Source: an uncultured Verrucomicrobiae bacterium
GTDB taxonomy: Bacteria; Verrucomicrobiota; Verrucomicrobiia; Limisphaerales; JAFGQR01
Direction: 5' to 3'
DNA: 42,902 nucleotides
NCBI GenBank assembly: GCA_963788655.1
Contig: CAWBHS010000037.1
Location: forward strand, 1-42,902
Below, piece by piece: positions 19,219 to 30,664 of the stretch. The position numbers were made by a program, and so were the translations under genes. Each line of letters starts with the position of its first letter. The stretch's first letter is position 1. The notes below the pieces were generated by a model that saw only the letters and a list, made by a program, of their open reading frames with translations, did no database searches and had not been told where the DNA came from.

Positions 19219-22200
19219 TCACCGTGCCACCTCCGGCGGAACGGCTGAGAGCCGGCAGGTCCACAGCGTTTCCGCAGGTCCGTTCAAGACCAGGCCGACC
19301 CGGAAGGGCGGATAGCCCACGCAGTAACCGCGGAACATCACCTGGTTCCAGCCGGCGCGCAGGGTGAGCTTTCTCGTGGCGACGGTCTTGATGGTTCTTC
19401 CCGGCTTGAAGATCAGTCCCGACACGGGGTGGCCGTTGAGGGTCCAGCGCAGCGCGGTTTGCGGATGACCTTGAAACTGGAACTCCAGTTCACTCGCGGT
19501 GGGGACGTGCAGCCAGGTCGTGCCATACCAGACTTGGCCGCCCGTGCCGAGGATCACGCGCGAATCGAGGTCGGCAATCTCCGCGGGCTTCCAGCGAACT
19601 TCCCGCGGGTCGGGCCAATAGCCGCGGATGGCTTCACCCTTGAACACGGCATCAAGGGCGACTTTGCCGTTGTCGGGCGGATAGGTCGCGGCTTCGCAAA
19701 ATGCCTGCGTAGCTCGCTTCCAATCCCGGTTCGTTCCCGGCATCAAGCCATTGGGATCGCTGGTGAATTTCTCCGCGCCGGGTCCGCCAAACGGCCCGCA
19801 AATGAGCCAGTGCCGTACGATCACGCCGCCGTCCAGTCCGGTGAATTGCGCGGGCGCCCAGGAGCCGGGATAGAGACGCGCCTCGGTCGGTTCGTCGTAA
19901 GTTTCGCGGCTCGCCGAACCGTCGCGGTTGGCCCACCAGAATTTGTTGTGCCCGCCGAAGGTGGCCTCAAAGTTCACGAGGGTGCTAAAGCCCCCGGCGA
20001 AGGGCGCTTTCAAGGCGGGAATGGCGCTCCGTGGAAGTGCGGCCACCAGCACGAAGCCCCGGCCGTCGGCATCGAGGGTGTGGCTGAGTTGGGCGCCGTC
20101 CACGGGTTCAACGTGCGCGAAGGCAGCTTGGCCCACCGACGTGCGATACGTTTGCGGATTGGCTTTCCCGACACCGTGCCAGTCCGGGTAGAAGCCTACG
20201 GCGACGGTCTGGGTCTCCACGCCGTTCTTGAAAATGCCGAAAACAAAGCGCGCGTCGCCTGGACGGCCTTCACGCGGGCCGGCGGGCGGGGCGTTCACGT
20301 CGCCCTGGATATAAAAGCTCAGGGTGTCGGCAAGCTGGTCATGCGTGAAGAGGCGCTCGAAGGCGGGCAACGGTTTCGGCTCGAACTTCGCCGGCAGGCG
20401 CGCGTGCCAGCGGAGGTAGAGATGTTCGGGATCATAGAGGCAGCGCACTTCCACGGTCTGATCTTTCGCGGCCTCGAAGCGGACGGGGTCGCACGATTCC
20501 CAGCCGGTGAGCGTGCCGTCCAATACCGCGCCACCGAGCGCCGGGGTGAAGCGCGCGAGCTTCGCCGTTCCTGGGCCGCCGCGCAGGCTCAACGCAATCT
20601 CGGGCGGGAAGGCAGTTTGCGCCGCCGTGATGGCGACGGTCTTTTGCACGGCAGCCAGCGGGCGCACGGGATTTTCTTGCAACGACCAGCCCTCGGTTTC
20701 GTAAAGCATCGGCGTGTATTTGCCGAGGGCGATGTAGATTTTGCCGTTTTCCTGGTTGGCATAAACATGTCCCCCGAAGAACTCGCCCGGCTGCGGATAA
20801 ACGCCCGCGACTTTCGGTGAAAAGCGGCGGCCATCCGGAAAAAGCGTGTCCACGTAGAGACCGTCCTTGGTGAAGAGCAACACGCCGCAGCGCGACTGGT
20901 CAATCACACTGAGCAGTCCGTTAATCGGGCGCACGACGCGCATGGCGCCGTAGAACTCGCCCCGCTCGGCCAAGCGCTCCAGCGCGGTGCGGCCTGTGCG
21001 CCACTGGAGACGGAAACCGCCCGCGCCGTCAGGCACGTAGCGGGTGAGCTTGTGTTGCGCGCCTTCGTTGGCGCTGAAGTTTTTTCCGCCGCGGGCCTGC
21101 ACGTAGAATCCTTCGCGGAGCGAGCCGTCAGCGCCGAGCCAGTCGCTGGGAAAATTCTCCGCCAGCTCGTTCCCGCCATGCACCGCGTCCGCCGTGCCCG
21201 CGGCCCGCGCCTCGAAAACGGGATCAGTCAAGAGGCGCTGCCATTGCTGGAAGATCGGATTGCCATGCGCATCGAAGCCAGCCGGAGCCAGCCGCCAAAC
21301 ATCCTTGCCGCCCTGCCGCACGGCCAGCAGCGAAAAGTCCTCCAGCCAGTTCTGGCCGTGATAGGTCATCAAGCCATCCGGCATTTCGGCGGGCGTGACT
21401 TCATCGTCCTCCACGCGGCCGTTGTTGTTCGCATCGTGCCAGAACGAATACCCCGCCGGGTGGGACGAAGTCTTGCGCTCGCGGAGAATTGCGGACGAGA
21501 GCGCACAACGGTTGGGGTCGAGACGGAAGACATTGAACGAGCGCCGGCCCGCCAAGTAGATGCGGCCTTGCGCGCGAATGAGCTTGGCGCGATCCAGCTT
21601 GCCGCCGCGCGGATCGTTCTCCTCCAGCGGCCACACGGCATCGATGGCCCACGAATGCCTGGCGTAGTCCACGCGGAAGCGCGTGAGCCAACCGCCGTGC
21701 CCGGGCAGATAGATGTGTTCGGGATGCTCCGGATCGACCGCGTATCCGTCGTTGGCCTTGGTTTGCAGCGAGAGGAATTCCCGCAGAAACCTGCCCTCCG
21801 CGCTCCATTCGCTGGCGCGGTTGGGCCCGGCGTTTTCCACGACGAGGAGATGATCGTCGCCGTCGGGGGCCCGCCACGTCGCGAGCTTGGCGGGCGCCAT
21901 GAAAGTTTCGGGATCGTAGCGGCCAGGTTCTTGCGCCGCACGCCGGCCAAAGGTACGCAGCACGTTGCCCGCACGGTCGAGCTGGAAGACTTTGTTCGCG
22001 GTCGGATCGCTCAAATAGAAGCGCCCGTGGCTGTCGGCTTCGAGATCGAAGGGCTTGAGGTTGGCGGGCACGGCGAAGAGACGTTGCCACGCCGGGGCGT
22101 TGTCGAGCGGCAGCTTCACATGGCTCACGGCCAAGCCCGCGCCGTCCGCGTGTAAGGCGTAGAGATTGGCGCCTTGCACGGCCAGGCCCAACGGGCGCAT

Positions 22201-23149
22201 CAGGGGGAGCGTGGCCAGCACCCGGCCATTGTCGCCGTCGTGGACGGTGATCTGGTCCACGAGGTCCGAGTCGCTTTCGCGGAAGTCGCGCTTCCGCCGC
22301 TCGACAATTCGGCCGCCCTGCGCGACGAACACGAGCGTTGGACCCGCCGCTTCGTGCCACACCGCCATCGCGTGGACCCAACCTTCGGGGCGATACGAGT
22401 TGGGCCGGTTCGCCCCCTCAGCTTGGCCGAAGGACTTCCCATCCGCGCGATAAACGAATTTCGGCCCGCCATCCGTGGAGAAGGCCCAGACGCGCTCGCC
22501 GTCCGTCGTGGCGCAAGAGCCGCCCGCCGCGCCGCCGGAGTTGAACGCGCGCATGAATTGGTCGTAGCCCAGCGGCTTCTTGAGGTCCATCAATGGGCAG
22601 TTCAAGCCGTTCTCCAGATACTCGTAGTAGAACACCGCAACGCCGTTCGGACCCGACCGCGACATCCCGCAACGGCGCGCCCACCGGATCGCCGCCGAAC
22701 GGCTCCGGCGTTTGCCAATCCTCCGGTCGGGGTAACCACGGCGAGGCCCCGCCGGCAAACCGCGGCGTGACGGAGTGCCATTCCTTATCCACGGGCCATT
22801 GCTGCGCGGGCATGAAGATGCCTTTAACCCCATAATCGCCCGGCGGCACGGGCATGAAATTATCGTCCAAGCCGTCCCACGTTTCCGTGAAACGCCCGCC
22901 ATTTTCCGCCGTGACCGTCCGCGGCAGCGCGCACGCAAACTGGCTCACGATCCAGTTGGGGTTCTTCGAATCGACGATAGCGAGGGTGACACAATAGGTC
23001 CGCGGCAGCGGCCCATTGCTGGGCAGCTCGTAACTCACTGGTACCCCCGTCGCGTTGGCGGCCGGGGCAGCGGCAACGGTAAACGCAGCCATGACAAACC
23101 GGCTGCCAATCGCCAGTAACAAGAAGCGGAGTGAAGGCAAAATGATCAT
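19219..23149 (-). CDS. Large secreted protein (FlgD-Ig-like N-terminus, NHL/beta-propeller, sugar-binding-like C-terminus); frameshift near 22650
   Basis: Signal-like N-terminus and TWDGLDDNFMPVPPGDY (ORF 22418..23299) continue into ORF 19219..22938 with NHL-like PFDLEADSHGRFYLSD, WHDANNNG and WLICGPF motifs. Confidence 0.7.
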
Positions 23150-23369
23150 CTGGTAAGGTTCACAATTGATAGGATTTGGCCTTTGGGACTTAATGCCCTC
23201 ACTGCGGTCGCTGAGCATTGCTTTCGGTTGACCGATATTTGCGGAGGACATCGCCCGGCTGGGATTGCGCCGAACCGACGGACGGCGTGACCTGGCCAAG
23301 CAAGGATATCCGATTTATGAGAGGGCCAGACGATCTCCCCGGCGGCCTATCTCCCGAGATCGTTTGCAG

Positions 23370-23640
23370 CGGAGAGAACATGCATTTGCAGTCCATCCAA
23401 AGAATGAGCCGGTGCATCTCCTCGTTGGTCAAGCGAAATTCCTCGTGCCCCTTATTCAGCAACTGGTAAAGCGTGGAGATGCGGGCGCCAAACGTGCCCG
23501 GCTTCATCTCCGGCGGATCCCGCTTGTGGGTCTTGCAGCAAGTAACCGTCCGGCGCGACTTGGTCACCGAGTTCAAATACGACCACCGGGGCAACGTGAC
23601 CACCACGATCCGGCACGGCGACCTCTTTGGGCGATGACAA
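23370..23640 (-). pseudogene. C-terminal fragment of an HzsA-like protein gene
   Basis: PGTFGARISTLYQLLNKGHEEFRLTNEEMHRLILWMDC resembles the C-terminus of that family; no upstream gene body. Confidence 0.4.
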
Positions 23641-23840
23641 TCCCAACGCCACTGACGGTACTGTTGCGCACGGCTTGCGCTGGCAGGAAATGCGCGGACA
23701 AAGGCGTCCGCGCTCCGGAAGGTGAGACCATACACGGTATTTCATCCGGCATCCAGTATCCGGCACCTGGCATCCGCCTGTCGTCCCGCCATTGCTCTTT
23801 TGCGTTGTCGGCAGCCATTCCCTTGTTACCATCACTCATC

Positions 23841-24909
23841 ATGTCACACGAGCGGCGGGAAATGCCTCGATTGCCTGAACTTATCCGTACCGAATCCGAA
23901 TTGGAGGAAGTACTCACGCGACCCAGTCCCCGACTGGTGGAGTCGGTCAAGGGCATCGCCAGTCCGTTGCTCATATCTGGGTGCCGGCGGCAAGATGGGA
24001 CCAACCCTGGCCGTGCTGGCGCGCCGTGCCGCGGACGCGAGCGGGCACCCACTTGAGATCATCGCCGTAAGCCGGTTCCGCGATCCAACGGTGCGCCAAT
24101 GGTTCGAAACCCGCGGCGTCCGCACGGTAAGCTGCGATTTGTTGGATGCCGCCGCAGTCACGCGTTTGCCGGACGCGCAAAACATCGTTTATCTGGTGGG
24201 GCTAAAATTTGGCACCACCCAAAGTCCCGCCACCACCTGGGCGATGAACACGCTGGTGCCAGCGCGTGTCTGCGAACGTTATCCGCACAGCCGGATGGTC
24301 GCCCTCTCGACGGCAAACGTTTATCCACTCAGCGAGGTGAAGCGGGGTGGTTCGGTGGAAACCGACGCGCTAACCCCGGTTGGCGAATACGCCAACGCTG
24401 CGGTGGGCAGGGAACGTATCTTTGAGTTTTACTCGCCACGGATTGGAACGTCAGTGTGCTTGCTTCGGCTTTGCTATGCCGTCGAATTACGTTACGGCGT
24501 GTTGGTGGATCTCGTGCGCCAACTTCACGCGGGCGAGCCGATTCCGCTGGCTACCGGCCACTTCAATTGCATCTGGCAGGGCGACGCAAACGAAATGATC
24601 CTGCGGGCACTGCCCTTGGCGGCCTCGCCACCGAGCGTCTGGAACCTTTCCGGGCCCGAAGTCTTTTCCGTGCGCGACGTGGCGGGTCGTTTGAGCAACC
24701 AGTGGGGCTGGACCGACCGAACTCCCCGGCTCATTGACGAGGAAGCCGCGACCGCCTTGCTCATCAATTCCTCGCGGCTGCACGCCGAACTGGGACCGCC
24801 CGCCACGTCGCTGGAGACCATGCTCCGTTGGATCGCGCATTGGGTGCCGGCGGGCGGGAGTTATCTGAACAAACCTACCCATTTTGAAGTTCGCGATGGC
24901 GTCTATTGA
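23841..24909 (+). CDS. NAD-dependent epimerase/dehydratase family protein; frameshift near 23975
   Basis: LGAGGKMGPTLA Rossmann motif, LSTANVYP, GEYANAAVGRE; paired with a DHDPS-family gene. Confidence 0.85.
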
Positions 24910-25966
24910 AACCCTGCGGGAACGGTTGGGCGTGGGGTTGGTGATTCCGGCCTGCCCGCTCGCCTTGAACGCACAACGCAAGCTCGATGAGCGTCGGCAA
25001 CGCGCGTTGTGCCGTTACTATCTGGCGGCTGGCGCGGGGGGCTTGGCGGTCGGCGTCCACACGACGCAATTTGCCATCCGCAATCCGAGCGTGGGCTTGT
25101 TCAAACCGGTCCTGGAACTTGTGGCCGAAGAGCTGACGCGGAGCACGACGCCAACAACCAACGGCCCCGCGTGCGTGCGCATTGCCGGGGTGTGTGGCGA
25201 TCGTCAACCAGCCCTTGCTGAAGCGACGTTGGCGCGGGAACTTGGTTATGACGCGGGCCTGCTCAGTCTCGGCGCGTTGCGAGAAGCAAACGAAAACGAG
25301 TTGCTGGACCATTGTCGGGCGGTGGCGGATGTCGTTCCGGTGTTTGGTTTCTATCTTCAACCGGCCGTGGGCGGACGTTTGTTGCCACACTCTTTCTGGC
25401 GGCGTTTCGCCGAGATTAAGAATGTGGTGGCCGTCAAAATAGCACCCTTCAACCGTTACCAGACGCTCGACGTCATCCGTGCCCTGGCTGAAGCGGGCCG
25501 CGACGACATCGCGCTTTATACCGGCAACGATGACAACATCGTGCTCGATTTACTCACGCCGTATCGCTTCCGCGTGGACGGGCGTTGGATCGAACGCCGG
25601 ATTGTGGGGGGACTGCTGGGGCACTGGGCGGTGTGGACGCGGCGCGCGGTCGAATTGCACGCCGAATGTCAGCGGATCGTGGTGAGCGGGGAAGCAATTT
25701 CGCCCGGGTTGTTGCAGCGCGCGGGGGAGGTCACGGACTGCAATGCGGCGTTGTTCGATGCGGCCCATCAGTATGCGGGATGCATTCCGGGGCTCCACGA
25801 GATTTTGCGCCGGCAAGGATTACTTGAAGGGGTGTGGTGTCTCAATCCGAATGAAATCCTCAGTCCGGGTCAACGCGAAGAAATCGACCGTGTCTGCCAA
25901 ACATACCCGCATCTGAACGACGACGAGTTTGTCAGCCAGAATCGGGACAGATGGTTGAACGGTTGA
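24896..25966 (+). CDS. Dihydrodipicolinate synthase (class I aldolase) family protein
   Basis: GGLAVGVHTTQF, FYLQPAVGG, VVAVKIAPF (Schiff-base Lys), LYTGNDD. Confidence 0.88.
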   Translation: MASIETLRERLGVGLVIPACPLALNAQRKLDERRQRALCRYYLAAGAGGLAVGVHTTQFAIRNPSVGLFKPVLELVAEELTRSTTPTTNGPACVRIAGVCGDRQPALAEATLARELGYDAGLLSLGALREANENELLDHCRAVADVVPVFGFYLQPAVGGRLLPHSFWRRFAEIKNVVAVKIAPFNRYQTLDVIRALAEAGRDDIALYTGNDDNIVLDLLTPYRFRVDGRWIERRIVGGLLGHWAVWTRRAVELHAECQRIVVSGEAISPGLLQRAGEVTDCNAALFDAAHQYAGCIPGLHEILRRQGLLEGVWCLNPNEILSPGQREEIDRVCQTYPHLNDDEFVSQNRDRWLNG

Positions 25967-26157
25967 GGGGAGGATGCAAACAATCGAAGCGTATAAGGGG
26001 GAGGTGAAGACCCGCAAGGCTCAGGGAGCTTGGGCCGGATAGAACACGATTCTCCAACAATCGGTGGAATAACCCTCAAGGGATTATTCTTTTTCCCACT
26101 TCCCCACAGTTTCTTTTTCCATTGTTCCTCTCGCCGCAACGCCATAAGTTCACCCTC

Positions 26158-26330
26158 ATGCTCAGCAAATCGTTGGTGATGGTTTTGGGGTGTGGTCTGC
26201 TCGCTTCGAGTGTAGCACACGCCGCTGCTCCAGCCGTCGCCACGTCCAAGAAATTCATCGAGCTGGGCTGGGGCATTCCCAATACGGCGTTCTTGCGTGA
26301 GCACGCCTTTATGGCAGTAACTTGTGACAA
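26158..26330 (+). pseudogene. 5' remnant of a secreted protein gene, cut off by repeats
   Basis: Signal peptide MLSKSLVMVLGCGLLASSVAHAA plus KKFIELGWGIPNTAFLREH, running straight into 9-mer and 7-mer repeats. Confidence 0.4.
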
Positions 26331-26354
26331 TGGCCGCCATGGCTGCCATGGCCG

Positions 26355-26496
26355 CAATGACCAATGACCAATGACCAAGCACCAGAGAATGCCCAAATCT
26401 GCAAACCCCAAATCAAAGTCGAGCAGCCGTCCGTCGGCGAATTGGTCATTGACCCCTGGTCATTCTCTGGTCATTGGTCAATGGTCATTGGCCATT
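26355..26496. repeat. Inverted heptamer-repeat element: (TGACCAA)n ... (GGTCATT)n
   Basis: caatgaccaatgaccaatgaccaagcaccagagaatg ... ggtcattctctggtcattggtcaatggtcattgg; shares its core with the repeats at 40.9-42.7 kb. Confidence 0.75.
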
Positions 26497-28246
26497 CCCC
26501 ACTCGCTTTTGGCGATTTTGGCCGCGGGCGTAATGGCTTCCGCGACGGCCGCCATCAATCCCGGCACGCCGTGGCCGGCCACGGATGCCCTGGGACGCAC
26601 CCTGCCGCAACCAGCGGAGGTCGGCCCGCCCAAGCCAGACCGCTTCGTGGGCATCTTTTATTTTCTGTGGCACAACGAGCGCGGTCCCATCAGCCCAATT
26701 CTTCACGGGCCGTATGACATTTCCAAAATCCTGGCGCGCGATCCCGACGCGAAGAACAAACCGGATTCGCCGCTCTGGGGGAAATACGGCACCAGCCATT
26801 ACTGGGGCGAGCCGTTGCTTGGATACTATCGCAGCACCGATCCCTGGGTGCTCCGCCGACACGCGGAACTGCTGGCGGATGCGGGTATTGACACGCTGAT
26901 TTTTGACACCACCAATGCCCGCTCGTATCCCGAGGTGTATCGGGCCCTGTGCGCGGTGTTTCGCCAGATTCGACAGGAGGGGGGCCGAACACCGCAAATC
27001 GCATTCATGGTAAACACCCGCGCGGGCGAGACGGCGCAGCAGATTTATGATGATCTCTACAAGCCGGGTTTGTTTCCTGATCTCTGGTTTCGCTGGCAGG
27101 GCAAGCCACTCATGTTGTGCGATCCGCAAAAGGCCAGTCCCGAACTGCGGCAATTCTTCACCCTGCGACGGGCGCACTGGCCATTCACCATGACCAACAC
27201 ACCCTACGCCTGGCATTGGGAGGCCGCTTATCCGCAGCCTTACGGGTACGCGGACGATCCCAATCAACCGGAACAGGTTAACGTGTCGGTCGCACAAAAC
27301 CTGCGTCAGAAGCGACGGCAAAGTCACCAACATGAGTTCCGGCCAGGCCCGCGGCCGCAGTTTCCATGATGGCAAAATGGACACCGCGCCGGGCGCCGTG
27401 AATCATGGCTACAATTTCCAGGAACAATGGCAACGGGCCTTCGAGTTGAAACCGCCGTTCGTCATGGTCACCGGCTGGAACGAGTGGATTGCCGGCCAGT
27501 GGGGCAAGCCCGGACAGCCGCTGGTATTCGTCGATCAGTTTGATGAAGAGTGCAGCCGCGATATCGAACCCATGATTGCTGGTCATGGGGATAATTATTA
27601 TTGGCAACTGGTAGCCAATGTTCGCCGTTTCAAAGGCGCGCCGCCGCTGCCGAGGGCATCCGCATCAAAGACCATTGAACTTGCCGGCGATTTCGCGCAA
27701 TGGCGCGAGGTCGAACCGGAATTCTTGGATCACGTTGGCGAAACGGTGCCGCGCGATTTCGCCGGGGTCGCAGATCGGCACTACACGAACCGCTCCGGTC
27801 GCAATGATCTCATGGCGTGCAAAGTCGCGCGCGATAATCGGAATGTCTATTTCTACGTCCGCACGCGTGAGCCTATCACTCCCGCCACCGGCACCAACTG
27901 GATGTGGCTGCTGCTCGATGCGGATCAGAATCCCGCCACCGGCTGGGAAGGCTACGACTTCATCGTCAACCGGACCATGGACGGCGAGGGAAGAACTTGG
28001 TTGGAAAAGAATGACGGTGGCTGGAAATGGGAAAAAGCAGCGTCGGTTAGTTTTCAGGTTCTGGGCAATGAACTCCAATTGGTGGTACCGCGCGCGGCCC
28101 TTGGTCTGCCGCCAGAAACGTTGCACGTTTCCATCGACTTCAAATGGGCCGACAACCTCCAACACCCCGGCGACATCATGGACTTCTACGTCAGCGGCGA
28201 CGTCGCACCGGAAGGACGATTCAAATTCCGGTACCTAGCTGAATGA
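26371..28246 (+). CDS. Secreted glycoside hydrolase-like protein (GH71/GH99-like TIM barrel); true start uncertain; frameshift near 27320
   Basis: WPATDALGR, VGIFYFLWH, HYWGEPLLGYY, LADAGIDTLIFDTTN, VTGWNEW and EECSRDIEP across ORFs 26371..27369 and 27332..28246. Confidence 0.72.
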
Positions 28247-28473
28247 ATTATAGATATGGCACGGAAACGCAGCGGTCCACCTCCCCTGCCCTGTCAATAA
28301 CGGCGGGCGAATTCTCTCCAGGTTAGACGGCACAGATCTGCTTCGGCAGCTTTTGCCTTGGCCGCACCTGCCTCGCCGGCGACAAATTGTCAACAAGTAG
28401 GACAGATCTGTCCAGTTGTAAGTCACTGATTTACAACTTGTTACATGGCACGCAAAATGGTGTAGCCCTGTTA

Positions 28474-29580
28474 ATGAAGTTAGTGCCCCAAATAGGGCAC
28501 GGATGCCAGAAGCTTGCACGGATTATTGCATGGAAAAACGTAGTTCAATTTTGGATGGCGATCATCGCTTTAATCGCCTTCAGTTTACCCGCTCATGGTG
28601 ACCAAAGCGTCACTCTGGCCTGGGATCCAAATCCGGAACCGGATGTCAGCGGTTACATCGTTTATTTTGGGAATGCCAGCCGCGACTATCCGTCTTCCAC
28701 AAATGTCGGCAACGTAACCACTGCCACAGTGTACGGATTGCAGGAAGGACTTACTTATTACTTCGCCATCACCGCCACGAATACTGCGGGTTTGGAGAGC
28801 GACTATTCGAACGAGGTCACCAATTCGATTCCGTCCGATCTAACCAACAGCGTCCCGACGATTTCGCCGCTGGTGGATCAAACCATTCAGGAAAACACGA
28901 CGACCAGCTCCCTTGCCTTTACGGTCAACGACGCCGAGACACCGGCGGCCAACCTGACGGTTTCGGCTTCTTCCACCAACACCACCCTGGTGCCAAACAC
29001 CAGCATTCTTCTGGGCGGCAGCAGCAACAACCGCACGGCGGTCATCCGCCCGGCAACGAACCTGTTTGGCAAAACGTTGATCACGCTGACGGTGAGTGAC
29101 GGATCCAAAGCGAGCAGCACCTCGTTCCTGGTTACGGTTGATCCTTCCCCGCTGGCGATCGATCAGTGGCGGCACACCCAATTCAGCGCCCAGGATTTGG
29201 CCGATCCCGCGAAAGCCGCCACGGTATGGGGGGACAAGGCTGATCCCGACAACGATGGCCGGGAGAACCTGGTCGAATACGCCCTCGGGCTGGATCCAAT
29301 GGCCAGCGAGCCAAGCCAGGAAGCGCTGGTTTCCTCAGTGTCAGCGGAAGGTAGTACGAACCGGCTATGCCTGACCTTCGTTCGCCGCAAGAATGACGCT
29401 TCTTTGCAGTATCTCCCGGAAGTAAGTGCCGATCATGTGCATTGGAACGGCCAGGCTGCGGTTCGCGAACTCAATGTGACGCCGTTGTCCGCCGAATTTG
29501 AAGGAGTTACCTATCAAGATCTTACCCCCGTCCCCACCAACCAGCCCCGGTTCATCCGGCTGCGAATCATCAAGAATTAG
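28474..29580 (+). CDS. Secreted fibronectin type III + cadherin/Ig-like domain protein (start may be 28555)
   Basis: SVTLAWDPNPEPDVSGYIVYFG...TYYFAITA...ESDYSNEV (FN3), FTVNDAETP...LTVSDG repeat, ADPDNDGRENLVEYALGLDP. Confidence 0.8.
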   Translation: MKLVPQIGHGCQKLARIIAWKNVVQFWMAIIALIAFSLPAHGDQSVTLAWDPNPEPDVSGYIVYFGNASRDYPSSTNVGNVTTATVYGLQEGLTYYFAITATNTAGLESDYSNEVTNSIPSDLTNSVPTISPLVDQTIQENTTTSSLAFTVNDAETPAANLTVSASSTNTTLVPNTSILLGGSSNNRTAVIRPATNLFGKTLITLTVSDGSKASSTSFLVTVDPSPLAIDQWRHTQFSAQDLADPAKAATVWGDKADPDNDGRENLVEYALGLDPMASEPSQEALVSSVSAEGSTNRLCLTFVRRKNDASLQYLPEVSADHVHWNGQAAVRELNVTPLSAEFEGVTYQDLTPVPTNQPRFIRLRIIKN

Positions 29581-29593
29581 AAGTATAGAAGTT

Positions 29594-30628
29594 ATGGGCA
29601 AGTATCATGCTAAAAAGGCGGGAACGTGGCTAGGTCACGTAAGTATCGGCATCATGTTGTTAGCGCATCTTAGTGAAGCAGCGGTGGAGTCCACCACGGA
29701 AACCTTTATGGCCATGGCCAAAGTCATCCAGGGCGGTAACGGCACCGATGTGCGCGCCACGTTTTTCTCACTTCCGATTGTGTCCCCCGTCACGGCGGCC
29801 GGCACTATCACCGCGGCCGGTGGGACGACCATGGAAGACGCGAATGCCGCTTGGACCGCCGGTCAATTCGAAGCGAGTAACGGAACGTTTTATGTCGAGT
29901 TCAACAATGGATTGATGGCGGACATTGCCGCATGCGATTATGGCAATCGGCGGCTCACCTTGCCCGATCCGTTGCCTACCGACGTCGTCGCCGGCGATGC
30001 TTACCGAATCCGCAAACACCTGACGCTCGCCTCAATCTTCGGCGCCAATAATGAAAGCGGCCTGAAGGGCGGGCCTAATCCGAATCAGGCGGACAAGGTG
30101 ATGTTGATCATTCCTCCCAACAATGAGACGCACAATTATTTCTTTGCCGATGTGGCCGGTTTCAGGGGCTGGTATGAAGACAATTACACCCCAGCGGATC
30201 AACAAATTGTCTATCCCGAACAAGGGCTGGCGGTCTTTCGCAAAACCATCGGCAATGTGGTCCTGTTCATAAACGGGCCGATCCGGGACTGCGCCACACT
30301 GGCCCCGATAACCCCGGGGTATAATCTGGTGGGTACCTTCAAATGCCTGAATGCCCTGACCCTGTCGGAACTGGGGCTTTACACGGGCGATCCCGGAACG
30401 GGCTTGGCCGCCGGCACCGATCCGAACACCGCGGACAATGTGTTGCTGATCACTCCCGACTCATTAACCAAATCCTATTTCTATGTGGATGCTCCCGGCC
30501 TGCCGGAAGGATGGTATGACTGGACCTACCAACTTGCCAACGACGTCACCATCGAGCCCGGCAGCGCCTTTTTCATCAACCGTAAAGCGCCGCGCCCATC
30601 ATTCAACTGGCAGATCCCCACTGAATAA
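29594..30628 (+). CDS. TIGR02597-like secreted protein (Verrucomicrobia PEP-CTERM-associated)
   Basis: Signal peptide, GDAYRIRKHLTLASIFGANN and a duplicated AD-x-V...I-x-PG-x-A/GFF architecture; adjacent to a PEP-CTERM gene. Confidence 0.6.
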   Translation: MGKYHAKKAGTWLGHVSIGIMLLAHLSEAAVESTTETFMAMAKVIQGGNGTDVRATFFSLPIVSPVTAAGTITAAGGTTMEDANAAWTAGQFEASNGTFYVEFNNGLMADIAACDYGNRRLTLPDPLPTDVVAGDAYRIRKHLTLASIFGANNESGLKGGPNPNQADKVMLIIPPNNETHNYFFADVAGFRGWYEDNYTPADQQIVYPEQGLAVFRKTIGNVVLFINGPIRDCATLAPITPGYNLVGTFKCLNALTLSELGLYTGDPGTGLAAGTDPNTADNVLLITPDSLTKSYFYVDAPGLPEGWYDWTYQLANDVTIEPGSAFFINRKAPRPSFNWQIPTE

Positions 30629-30664
30629 ACACTTAACGCTCCAACCACAACCAACCAGCACAGC

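Noticed and set aside
19429..22770. Long plus-strand ORFs opposite the large secreted protein (similar ones lie opposite hsdR, the kinase and the sulfatase)
   Set aside because: Antisense shadow ORFs expected in high-GC coding DNA; no domain signatures.
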